Source: an uncultured Methanoregulaceae archaeon (lineage in GTDB: Archaea > Halobacteriota > Methanomicrobia > Methanomicrobiales > Methanospirillaceae). From it: a stretch of DNA of 64,000 bases. The translations under genes were made by a program, and so were the position numbers. A model generated the notes under the pieces. It ran no database searches, was not told the origin of the DNA, and worked only from the letters and a program-made list of their open reading frames with translations. The stretch is from the NCBI GenBank assembly GCA_963717525.1, contig OY970343.1, positions 640,001 through 704,000 of the forward strand. Direction: 5' to 3'. Shown here in pieces: positions 10,812-20,676 of the stretch. Positions within the stretch are counted from its first letter, which is position 1. The number at the start of each line of letters is the position of its first letter.

Positions 10812-11235
10812 AGCTCACCCACAAACTCATGGTCTTGTTTTAGTGCATTGTACTGATCATCCCCCCATTCGACCCGAATGGCAGTTGAAAGGCGCGGGCA
10901 TACCCCTCGCTCCCTGATGTCTAATTGATGGACGCCGGGCTCATATAATAATATCGCTTCAGGCGGGCGTTATTTTGGGTTCTGGGATTATCACGGTCAT
11001 GGATTTTTGGCATTGTCGTAATTTTGCCGTTTTTACGCAAATGAAATCCAGATCGGGCGATTTAAAACAAAAAGGCTCCCGGTAAATGCGGCGGCGCACA
11101 ACTGCGTACCCGGGAACTGCCGTCCGCGTGCATTGAAGCATAATAAGGTAAAACATGCTACACTACTACAGGAAGCAGGAGCCGGAAGATCCCACCGGCA
11201 CAAGCGGCCGGGGATTTCCGGCGAGGTGCGATGAG

Positions 11236-12513
11236 ATGCTTGAAATCAGGTTTGTACGGGCAAGCCCGGAGATCGTCAAAGCCGATCTGCTCAAACGAAA
11301 CGCTCCGGAGAAGATTGCATGGGTGGACGAAATTCTCGCAAAGGATGCACGTTCCCGTGAGTTAAAAGTACAGACCGATGAACTGAGGCGCCGGAGAAAC
11401 ACCATTGCACGGGAGATAAACGAGGCGCGCAAAGCGGGAAAAGACCCGGCGCCCCTTATGGCAGAGGCGGCGGAACTCCCGGGAAAGATCCGGGAGAGCG
11501 ACACCGAGCAGGAGGAGATCACAGGCCTCATCCGCACCCGGCTCATGCGCCTGCCCAATGTCCTGCACGCGAGCGTGCCGCAGGGAAAAGACGATACTGA
11601 AAACGTGGAGATCCGGCATGTCGGCACGCCACGCACGTTCGATTTTGAGGTCCGGAACCACGGGCAGCTTGCCGCAGACCGGGGCTGGGCCGATTTCGAA
11701 CGGGCCGCAAAAACGTCGGGTGCCGGGTTCTATTTCCTGAAAGGGAGCCTTGTCATGCTCGACCTCGCGCTCCAGCACTTTGCACTCGACCTGCTCGCAA
11801 AGAAGGGATTTGTGCCGGTCATCCCCCCGTTCATGATCAACCGCAGCTCGTACGAAGGGGTCACTGATCTTGACGATTTCGAGAAGGTTATGTACAAGAT
11901 CGATGGCAACGATGCATACCTGATTGCAACGAGCGAGCACCCCATCGCAGCGATGTACCAGGACGAGATCTTCGAGGAAAAAGACCTGCCACTGCGCCTC
12001 GCCGGCCTCTCCCCCTGTTTCCGCCGGGAGATCGGGGCGCATGGCCTTGATACCAAGGGGCTCTTCCGCGTCCACCAGTTCACGAAGATCGAGCAGTTCG
12101 TTTTCTGTCGGCCTGGAGACTCATGGCAGATCCACGAAGAATTGCTGGCAAATGCCGAAGAGGTTTTTGCAAAACTGGAACTCCCCTATCACGTGGTCAA
12201 TATCTGCACCGGGGATATCGGGACGGTTGCTGCAAAGAAATACGATATCGAGGCGTGGATGCCCCGGGAGAACGCCTTCAAGGAGGTTGTCTCCTGCTCC
12301 AACTGCACCTCGTACCAGGCAGCCAGCCTCAATATAAGGGTTCGGGACAAGGAAAACTTCGAGACAAAGCAGCTGGTCCATACCCTCAACTCGACTGCCA
12401 TCGCAACCTCAAGGGCGTTGCGGTGCATCCTCGAGAACTACCAGAACCGCGACGGGTCCGTGACCATCCCGGAGGTGCTCCGCCCATACATGAACGATCG
12501 GGAGTTCCTCTGA
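11236..12513 (+). CDS. serS: Seryl-tRNA synthetase (standard type)
   Basis: N-terminal coiled coil, ATSEHP, FRREIG, GLFRVHQF and HTLNSTA motifs. RBS GAGGTG precedes ATG 11236. Confidence 0.97.
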   Translation: MLEIRFVRASPEIVKADLLKRNAPEKIAWVDEILAKDARSRELKVQTDELRRRRNTIAREINEARKAGKDPAPLMAEAAELPGKIRESDTEQEEITGLIRTRLMRLPNVLHASVPQGKDDTENVEIRHVGTPRTFDFEVRNHGQLAADRGWADFERAAKTSGAGFYFLKGSLVMLDLALQHFALDLLAKKGFVPVIPPFMINRSSYEGVTDLDDFEKVMYKIDGNDAYLIATSEHPIAAMYQDEIFEEKDLPLRLAGLSPCFRREIGAHGLDTKGLFRVHQFTKIEQFVFCRPGDSWQIHEELLANAEEVFAKLELPYHVVNICTGDIGTVAAKKYDIEAWMPRENAFKEVVSCSNCTSYQAASLNIRVRDKENFETKQLVHTLNSTAIATSRALRCILENYQNRDGSVTIPEVLRPYMNDREFL

Positions 12514-12618
12514 AAAGGCCGACCCTTTCCCTGCCTCACGCGGGCTATTTATTGAAATGCTTTATACATACCTATTTGTCAGAGCTAATGCAAGAGTATT
12601 GTAGAGAACGTGGTAATC

Positions 12619-14129
12619 ATGGGCTATCCCGATCTGAAAAGTGATGAGTCCATCGTCCTTACGGCGCAGCATGTCAAGGTTAAATCTGTGCCGTTTGAAC
12701 TGGTGCTCACCAATCGTCGTCTCATCATCATCGACAGCGAGAAGAATGTCGTCCCGACACAGCAGATCATGCTTTTTACCATCCGGAATGTGATGGCGAG
12801 CGAGAATGCCATCCGTGACCCGGTGATAACGCTCACCATCCTGACCGACACGGCGGATACCCGGGAAATGGCGCTCACCTTTGTCCGGCAGACCGCCGGT
12901 GAACGAAGGCGTGAGGCCGATGAATGGGTCAAAGCCCTTAAAAGAAATATCGCTGAGGCAGTTGCACAGCCGGCCGAGATGGTGACGGACATACCGGCTC
13001 AGGTTGAAACCCGGCAGGAGCACCCGGGGAGCATGGGAGCAAAAAAGAAGATTGAGATTGCCCGGCCCATCAAAAAGATCATGGTGGATTCCAGCCACCT
13101 GCCCCCAAAACCGGTTGAGACCACGTCGCTGCCCGAAGGTTCGTTCTGCGGCAGGTGCGGGAACCGCATCCCCCCGGGCTCGACCTTCTGCAACCGGTGC
13201 GGGACAAAAGTTGCCGCGCCGGGGGATGCGTCTGCCGTTTCAGCCGTACCACCCCAGGTTGCCACCGCTCCTGCGGCTCCGGTGGGGAAAGGCAGGCCCA
13301 TCGAGCAGATCATCCACTCGATCGAGCCCCTGATCGCTGACTCAGTGCCTAGGACAGGAACAGCGCCGGCAATGCCTGAATCCGTCACAGCCCCGCCGGC
13401 AAAACCGGTGCCGCCCCGGAGACCCGGCAGATGCTTTTGCAGCCGCTGCTGCAGCCATTGCAGAGATGGGAAAGGATACATCGGCAGTCCCACCGGGCAG
13501 GGCCGGTGCCTCCGCTCCCCCCGGTGCCCGAAGCGCCCCGGAAGAAGAGTAAACGGTTTATCGCGGCAGCCATTATCATCATCGTTATCCTCGCGGTTGT
13601 AGCCGGGGGATTTATGGTCATGACAAACCTGCATAAGAGTACGGCCGTAACACCGGTCACTACCCCACAGCCTACGGTAATGACGACAGTACCAACCCCA
13701 ACCCCCGTTGTCACAACTGTAATAACCACCGTTGCCGTGCCGACAACACCCCAGACCCTTATCCCGCAATCAGGGGTCTGGGCCGAGATCACGTACGATA
13801 AGACCTACTCCGGCCTTGTCGGTGTCCCGGGATCTCAGGCAGGAGTCAGCGATACCGGCGATCACTTCTACCGGATCCCGACGAATGATGCGGTAGCCAT
13901 TTCAGTCCAGAAAACGGATGGTTCCGGTGACCAGCTCACGGTCACCGTGTACAAGGATGGCACCGTGGTAAAGACCGCCTCAACCACCACCCCCAACGGC
14001 AGCATCAACATGGAGTTTTCGGTTGCAACACCAACACCCACCCCGACTCCGGTGCTGACGGCCATGCCCACCCTGCCCCTTACATCCACTACGACAACGA
14101 CGGTAAACACAACGACCAATTCGACCTGA
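12619..14129 (+). CDS. Membrane protein: PH-like N-domain, zinc ribbon, TM, Thr-rich extracellular domain; two +1 frameshifts (~13415, ~13494)
   Basis: LVLTNRRLII, CGRCG-x-FCNRCG. Removing two bases joins ORFs 12610..13602 and 13431..14129 through DAFAAAAAAIAEMGKD. Confidence 0.75.
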
Positions 14130-14166
14130 TGGTGGCAAGGCCGATAGTATTTTTTCCTGTACGTTC

Positions 14167-15207
14167 ATGACACAAACAACAGATCCCGATAAAACTCCCC
14201 GGATGGCTGTGATCGTACCGGGGTGCCGGGTCCTGTGTGCCGGGCTGCTCCTGTTCTTTATCCTTGCCGGTTCTGCCAACGCTGCCGGTTCGATCCAGTC
14301 ATACATCGGCGATACGGTCACCCTCTCCGGATACTGTTACACCAGCCAGACGGTCTACCTCTTCCTGACCGGGCCAAACCTCCCGGCAGACGGTGTTGCT
14401 CTGGACAACGTAAATGAGCGTGCGGACCAGGGCGGGTTTACGCAGGTAAGTGTGGATAGTAACAATCACTGGGAATATAACTGGGCGACCGGCTCAACGG
14501 GGGGCCGGCTCGATGCCGGCACCTATACGGTATGGGCAGTCGACGGTCCCAATGACCTCTCCAACCTGAACAATGCAGAATACAGTACCATTTCAGTCTC
14601 ACTGGGCAACCCCGGCATCGGTTCTGTGACCGCATCCACATCGCCGGGGAGTGTTGTTACCCCAGCGGTTGTCCCCGGTATCCTTAACGTTACTTCTGTC
14701 CCGGACAATTCCTCTGTGGTCGTCAACGGGAATTACCAGGGCCGGTCTCCGATAAGCATTCCCGGCCTTGCTCCCGGCACGTACCTGGTCAATGTTTCCC
14801 GGTTCAATTACGAGCTGCTCTCCACCACCGCTAACGTGGAGGCAGGCGCAACCACCGAGGTGACCGCTACGCTCCGGCCAAAGACCGGGACCCTTTCCAT
14901 CAACACGACTCCCGAAGGGGCAAACATAACACTTGACCGTGTGGATGCCGGCTTTTCACCGTTCACCCGGACCGGCCTTACCGCCGGCAACCACACGGTC
15001 AATGCGACGCTGGAAGGCTATAACCCGGTTGAGACCGAAGTTACGGTGATTGCAGACCAAGCGGTCACGGACACGATTGTGCTGGAAAAATCGCCGGCCC
15101 CACTGATACCGGGAAGCCTCACCCCTCTTCCGGTACCGGTGACGATCGGAGCCTGCGCCGGCGCGGTCCTCCTTTTTGCGTTCTTCCGGCCGCGGACCCG
15201 GGCATAA
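14167..15207 (+). CDS. Secreted protein with two PEGA domains and C-terminal anchor
   Basis: GILNVTSVPDNSSVVVNG and GTLSINTTPEGANITLD repeats, TPLP + TM + RPRTR. Confidence 0.85.
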   Translation: MTQTTDPDKTPRMAVIVPGCRVLCAGLLLFFILAGSANAAGSIQSYIGDTVTLSGYCYTSQTVYLFLTGPNLPADGVALDNVNERADQGGFTQVSVDSNNHWEYNWATGSTGGRLDAGTYTVWAVDGPNDLSNLNNAEYSTISVSLGNPGIGSVTASTSPGSVVTPAVVPGILNVTSVPDNSSVVVNGNYQGRSPISIPGLAPGTYLVNVSRFNYELLSTTANVEAGATTEVTATLRPKTGTLSINTTPEGANITLDRVDAGFSPFTRTGLTAGNHTVNATLEGYNPVETEVTVIADQAVTDTIVLEKSPAPLIPGSLTPLPVPVTIGACAGAVLLFAFFRPRTRA

Positions 15208-15320
15208 TGATACCTGACCTGCCGGCCACCGGGCCGGCTCTGTTGTTATGGATTACTCTCATATGACGTGATCCGCTTCTTAACCGCTTCACAAAAAAAA
15301 AGAACTGAATTATCTCCTTG

Positions 15321-15704
15321 TTACCGGTGAATAAAGGCCCGGAACAGGAACACGAGCCCAAAGAGGATGAGGAAGAGGGCGGCGATCACGGGCAATCTGA
15401 GCGGTGCCCAGACAAGATCGATGCCGACAAGGATCAGGAATGCGCCAACGATGACAAGACCTACGTGGGGCCGGGGTGAAGGAACGGTCATACCTTCAGT
15501 CCCGGCTGGAGCTGATCGCTGCTGTGCCAGTACAGCCGATCCGATAAATCCCAGCCCCAGACCGATCAGCACGCTAGGCCCCGGGTATCCTGCGAGCAGC
15601 CCGATCCCGAGGCCCAGGAGAACTCCAGCAGGGATCAACATATAGCCGTGATGCCGGTGGTGCCTGCGTCGATCCTCCCGGTCTGGATTTTCTTCTGTTG
15701 CCAT
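15321..15704 (-). CDS. Small 4-TM membrane protein
   Basis: Four Gly-rich hydrophobic segments and a His-rich N-terminus. Confidence 0.75.
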   Translation of the reverse strand: MATEENPDREDRRRHHRHHGYMLIPAGVLLGLGIGLLAGYPGPSVLIGLGLGFIGSAVLAQQRSAPAGTEGMTVPSPRPHVGLVIVGAFLILVGIDLVWAPLRLPVIAALFLILFGLVFLFRAFIHR

Positions 15705-16336
15705 AGGTACCCGATCGCTTGGCGGAATAATAAAAGATGTGGATGCCCTCTTCCCGACATCCTGTGATATACAGAAAAACGCCCGTAAAACCGTCCGATT
15801 CTCTTCAATGAAAATCAGAGGTCATATATTTGTCAGTTTGCCAAAATAAGCCTAAATTGAGCCTCATATAATGCCCTTTGGCGCCTCATATTCGCGTTCT
15901 GGCAGCCTTTTCTCCCATCACCAGCCAAAAACCCATCCGGGCCCGGAATCGGGCCGTAAAGTGTGTCTATGAGAACATTATAATTTGTCCGATTGCAAAA
16001 ATAAGGCTGATTTGGGGCTATTTTTAAACGGAGCCCGATACGGGCTTCTTTTTGATCAATCAAGGGGTAATCGAAGGCTGAATTGGGCCCGGATTGGATC
16101 GGGTGATAAGCATGAGAAGAGCCTTCACTGATGTAATGTATATTTTCCATGTATCGATTTCGGGTAACAACAACTATGTTTTCCTTTATTCTTACCAGAA
16201 AAAATATCCGGAGCTTTTGCTCACAAAGGACTTGTCTTGAAAATAGAATCATATGTGTGCTGAAGTGCGGATAGGGAATATTAATCACAATTATTATCTT
16301 TCAGGAAAAGGTTACACCATGAAATTTCCGGAGTGA

Positions 16337-16561
16337 TTGAATGACAGACCAAAAAACGAAACTGGCAGACATTTTCCTATGACATTTCCAAAAAGAATGA
16401 TGGTATATGTTTTGATAGATTTGCTTCTCATAAATCTGATAACGTATTATCTGGTGTATCATGTTCCACTGGAGTTTGTGATCTCCGTTACCGCCATTGA
16501 GATAATAGCCCTGGCTGTAGCCTTTGCTTTCTGGGTTCCAAGATACCAGCTTAAATGGTAA
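16337..16561 (+). CDS. Small 2-TM hypothetical protein, AT-rich
   Basis: Two hydrophobic segments, GGAGTGA upstream, T-run after the stop. Start codon uncertain. Confidence 0.5.
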   Translation: MNDRPKNETGRHFPMTFPKRMMVYVLIDLLLINLITYYLVYHVPLEFVISVTAIEIIALAVAFAFWVPRYQLKW

Positions 16562-16707
16562 TTTTTTTTAAAAGCGATATCGACTTGAAAAGCGGTATGC
16601 ACTGTCCGGCGTTTTCCTTCGCAAGCGCATGTTACCTTAACGCAGGTTGCACCGACAGGAATTATTCAGGCACAATGTGAAAAGGGATCAGATCTTCAGT
16701 GTTAAAG

Positions 16708-16782
16708 TGCTGCTATGGGGATTTGAACCCCAGTCGCGGGCGTGAAAGGCCCGCATGATTGGCCGGTCTACACTATAGCAGC
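16708..16782 (-). tRNA. tRNA-Glu(TTC)
   Basis: Reverse complement GCTGCTATAGTGTAGACCGGCCAATCATGCGGGCCTTTCACGCCCGCGACTGGGGTTCAAATCCCCATAGCAGCA folds as a cloverleaf with anticodon TTC; CCA not encoded. Confidence 0.97.
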
Positions 16783-16881
16783 GCGTTGCTCTAACTAGTT
16801 TTACCCTGCCTGATAAATAGGTTATGGAAACGGATAGCCGGAAGGCTCTTTACGGGTTCCTGCCGCCGTTGGTAAAAAGGG

Positions 16882-17847
16882 TTATTTCTTTTTGGCTGCT
16901 GTCTTCTTCGCCTTGGCCGGTGCCGCCTTCTTTACCGCGGCCTTGGCTTTTGGTTTTGCTGCTGCCGGTGCCCCGGCCTTCTTATTGATGGGGTATCCCT
17001 CTTTCTTGGTGATCGCCGTAAACGCCGCCATAAGCTGGCGTGTGACCGGACCTGGCTTGCCGGTGCCGATGACCCTGCCGTCCACCCAGGTGATCGGGGC
17101 GACTTCCGCTGCCGTGCCGGTGCAGATCAGCTCGTCCGCGGTGTAGAGATCGAAGTACCCGAGGTTCTGCTCCTTCACCGTGATACCCAGCGATTCGGCG
17201 AGTTCGAGCACCACCATCCGGGTCACTCCCCGGAGGTTGTTGAGGGTGTGGGGTGTTAAGATCTCTCCGTTCTTGACCACGTAGAGGTTGTCACCCGAGC
17301 CCTCGGAGATGTAGCCGTTCGTGTCAAAGAAGATCGCCTCGTCCCCGCTCTTGTAGTTCGCTTCGATCTTCGCGAGGATGTTGTTGAGGTAGTTGAGGCT
17401 TTTCACATTCGGTGGCAGGCATTCAGCCGGGTTGCGCCGCACCGAGACCGTGACGGCCTTGAGTCCCTTCTCGTACAGGTCGCCGTACATAGCGCCCCAG
17501 GTCACGGCGATAACGATAACCGACGCTTTCGGGCACTTGCGGGGATCGAGCCCAAGGTCGCCCACACCGCGGGTGATGATCGGCCGTATGTAGGCATCGG
17601 TGAGCTTGTTTCTGCGCAGCACTTCGCAGATCGCCACAATCATCTCCTCCTTTGAGATCGGCGGCGTGATATCGAGCGTCTTTGCAGAATCGTACATACG
17701 GTCGATGTGCTCCTTGAGCCGGAAGACCCTGCCGTTATATGCACGGATCCCCTCGAAGACACCATCGCCATAGAGCAGGCCGTGGTCGAACACGGAGACC
17801 TTTGCGAGGCCCTCCGGGAGGTATTTCCCATCAAGATAAATTATCAT
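16882..17847 (-). CDS. ilvE: Branched-chain amino acid aminotransferase with Lys/Ala-rich C-terminal tail
   Basis: [26 protein letters not shown] and GTAAEV motifs. Confidence 0.96.
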   Translation of the reverse strand: MIIYLDGKYLPEGLAKVSVFDHGLLYGDGVFEGIRAYNGRVFRLKEHIDRMYDSAKTLDITPPISKEEMIVAICEVLRRNKLTDAYIRPIITRGVGDLGLDPRKCPKASVIVIAVTWGAMYGDLYEKGLKAVTVSVRRNPAECLPPNVKSLNYLNNILAKIEANYKSGDEAIFFDTNGYISEGSGDNLYVVKNGEILTPHTLNNLRGVTRMVVLELAESLGITVKEQNLGYFDLYTADELICTGTAAEVAPITWVDGRVIGTGKPGPVTRQLMAAFTAITKKEGYPINKKAGAPAAAKPKAKAAVKKAAPAKAKKTAAKKK

Positions 17848-17939
17848 ACTGTGAGATGGGGTGTCGATACTCTTGTATTTTTCTTTGAAAATGGTGGGGT
17901 TAATATCCAGATAAGATAGGGAGATCATAATCTCTCCTC

Positions 17940-18065
17940 ATGTGCGATGAACGCCGCCGCCCCCGACGGGGCGCCTCCGCGGCGGGCAGTGACTAAAAAT
18001 TATGGAACAACCTCCTCGCCCCGCCGTGCCTCGAAGAGGCCCTGAGGAGGGGGGACATCGCATAT
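17940..18065. repeat. GC-rich palindromic element with terminal inverted repeats (MITE/REP-like candidate)
   Basis: ATGTGCGATG...CATCGCATAT (9/10 inverted match) encloses two GC hairpin domains separated by an AT-rich spacer. Confidence 0.55.
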
Positions 18066-18229
18066 TTTTACAAGATCTCTGTAAGACGTTGATTCCGTAT
18101 CCGGTTTTGTAATCAGTCAGATTGGCTTTCCCTGAACCGGAGTAAAATGAGAAAAAATCCTGAACCCGATCCCGCTAGAAATGCCCTGACACAACAGGAC
18201 GCACCTTACCTGCCATTGCCCACGATCCG

Positions 18230-19603
18230 TCAGCGCCGTCCCCTGCAGCAGTCCACGAAGTTCCGGAACATGTCCAGGCTCCCGACCGGGTGGAGGTGCG
18301 TGTAACTCCCGAGCGTGTTGTTGCGCACCGCCCCGTCACAGGTGTCCTGTATGCCGATCCCCCGCGAGAGCCTGTACGCATACGTTGTCGAGGGATCGAG
18401 CACCACACCGGAGTAATGGAACTCATGGCCCCGGAACCGGGAGGCACCCATCGGGCAGCCTTTTGCACTTGTCCCTTCCACGTAGCTGACCACCCGCCGG
18501 GCCGGCATGGTAGTCTCGCCAGCGAACACACCGCACATCGCACCGGAGAGTTCCGTTTTCCTGCCCTGCCACCCTTCCTTAAGCACCATCCGGTCGGTGA
18601 GATACATGAGCCCGCCGCATTCGGCGTAAATGGGCGTGCCGTTCCGTGAAACCTCGCAGATCGCCTCACGCATCCGGTCGTTTGCCTCCAGTTCCGGCAC
18701 GAAGAGTTCCGGGTAGCCTCCACCCATAATGTACCCGTCTGCGTCCGGCAGTCGGTCATGGATGGGACTGAACTGGACGACCGTCACCCCCAGCGAGGAG
18801 AGGACATCGAAAAGGTCTGCGTAGTAGAAGTTGAACGCCTCGTCATAGGCGACCCCGATGCGAACGTCCTGCTCGGGTGCGGGTGAAAACAGCGTGTCCC
18901 CACGGGCCGGCGGGGTTTCCTTTGCGAGCGCCAAGAGCCGGTCAAGGTCCACATGGTTACCGATGATCCCGGTGATCGTCCGGATCCGATCGTCAAAATC
19001 GCCTCGTCCTGCGCCTTCACGGTAAGGCACGAGACCGAGGTGGCGCATGGCAAGCATCATCTCCTCCATCCGGGGAATTGCGCCGATGACCGGGACACCG
19101 CAGTAATGCTCGATCGCCCGGGTCGCTTTTTCCCGGTGCGTCCCGCCTTTGACCTGGTTGAGGATAACGCCGGCGATCCGGATATCAGCGTCAAATGCCT
19201 GGAAACCCTTGACGATCGCGGCCGCGCTCCGGGTGATGCTCTGCGCAGAGACGACAAGAACGACCGGCAGGTCGAGGACTTTTGCTATGGCCGCCGTGCT
19301 CCCGCTGTCGTCCAGCGCCTCGGCCCCTTCGTACAACCCTCGCACACCTTCGACAAGCGCGATGTCGGCACCCTGGCACCCGTACGAGAAGATGCTCCGG
19401 ATCTGCCCGTCGCCAAGCACAAAGTTGTCGAGGTTCCGGCACGGCCGGCCCGAGACCGCGGCGAGGTACGAGGGATCGATGTAGTCCATCCCGACCTTGA
19501 AGGTCTGGACAGTCCCCCGCTGTTTTAAGAGTGCGGCAAGGGCGAGCGTGATGCTGGTCTTCCCGCTGCCGGAACGGTCGCCGGTGATAAGGAGCGATTT
19601 CAT
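18230..19603 (-). CDS. cfbB: Ni-sirohydrochlorin a,c-diamide synthase
   Basis: SGSGKT, FKVGMDYIDP, EGVRGLYEG, AFNFYY, AECGG and GHEFHY motifs; lies in the cfb operon. Confidence 0.93.
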   Translation of the reverse strand: MKSLLITGDRSGSGKTSITLALAALLKQRGTVQTFKVGMDYIDPSYLAAVSGRPCRNLDNFVLGDGQIRSIFSYGCQGADIALVEGVRGLYEGAEALDDSGSTAAIAKVLDLPVVLVVSAQSITRSAAAIVKGFQAFDADIRIAGVILNQVKGGTHREKATRAIEHYCGVPVIGAIPRMEEMMLAMRHLGLVPYREGAGRGDFDDRIRTITGIIGNHVDLDRLLALAKETPPARGDTLFSPAPEQDVRIGVAYDEAFNFYYADLFDVLSSLGVTVVQFSPIHDRLPDADGYIMGGGYPELFVPELEANDRMREAICEVSRNGTPIYAECGGLMYLTDRMVLKEGWQGRKTELSGAMCGVFAGETTMPARRVVSYVEGTSAKGCPMGASRFRGHEFHYSGVVLDPSTTYAYRLSRGIGIQDTCDGAVRNNTLGSYTHLHPVGSLDMFRNFVDCCRGRR

Positions 19604-20674
19604 CGTGCAATGCTCCTTATCACTGCCCCAAATTCGCTCTCCACGATATCGCATACACCCATCGTCCTCGGGTGGAGGTCGATCTCGACGAGCACGTGCT
19701 CGTGGCCGATGGCATGGAGCGGCGCAACCTGCCGGGGGCCGTTTGTTACCGAGAAGCACTCGATCCCGTTTGTATACTCCGGGGGGATAGCGTGCGGGAC
19801 ACCGGCGATCAGTGCAAACAACGGTGCGATCTCCCGGATACGGGCCCCGAGCGCATCGCCTGTTGCCCCGTACTCGTCCAGCGCCCCGATCAGTTCGGGC
19901 TTCACGCCGCGACTGGCCATCCCGTCCCGTATCCTCTGCGCATCCGCCCGCACCTTGGGAAGCCCGCGGTTGTCGAGGTTTGCGATGTAGGTGATATCCG
20001 CACCGGGGGAGGCATCATGGAGCGCGATCAGTTCGTCGGCGAACATGTAGGCTGTCTCCTTTTTGGCATTCAGGATCGCGACCCCTTTTGCCCCGCTGTT
20101 TGCGCATTCGACGAGCCGTTGTGCAGCGACATGTTTCAAGTCGCCCCGTGAGGGTTCGATGTACTCCTGTGATGCGGCGCCCCGGATCTTTTCGATCTCG
20201 TTTGCCTTCCCCATGAGCCGGTGCTGGCGGGCGAGCTCCTCTTCGGTAATCCAGCCGGCGCCTTTCAGCTGCTTCGAGCGTTGCAAGCACGCCGGCGATG
20301 TTCTCCGCGAAGCCCGCGTGGATGTCGACGGCTATCGTCGGGGTTGTGATCCCGGCGCTGTCGATGGCGGCAGTAAGGTCCTCGCCGATGATCATCGAGA
20401 CGCAGGTTCCGATGACGGCCATCCGTCCGGGGGCAAACTGGTCCACTGCGTACCGCAGCACGCTTTCGAGCGGTTTCTGGCCGCCGAAGATAAATTCGTT
20501 GTCCGCAAGCGCCGTAGTGAGCACCCTCATGCCATCCTCTTCGAGAAGCCGGGCATGCTTGAACGAGCATCCCGAGGGGCCGTGAAGGATGGCGACCTCC
20601 ACTTCGAGGTCCCGTGCGGTATAGAGCGCAGCAACAATCGAGCTGGGGCGGGGGTGCATGAATCGTACTGGCAT
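19600..20674 (-). CDS. cfbD: Ni-sirohydrochlorin a,c-diamide reductive cyclase, catalytic subunit; +1 frameshift ~20265
   Basis: HPRPSSIVAALYT, HGPSGC, GTCVSMIIGED, NAKKET and VTNGPRQ motifs, split over two ORFs. Confidence 0.93.
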
Positions 20675-20676
20675 AA

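Noticed and set aside
15833..16288. 151-aa minus-strand ORF in the AT-rich islet
   Set aside because: Non-protein-like composition, no RBS or motif; probably spurious.
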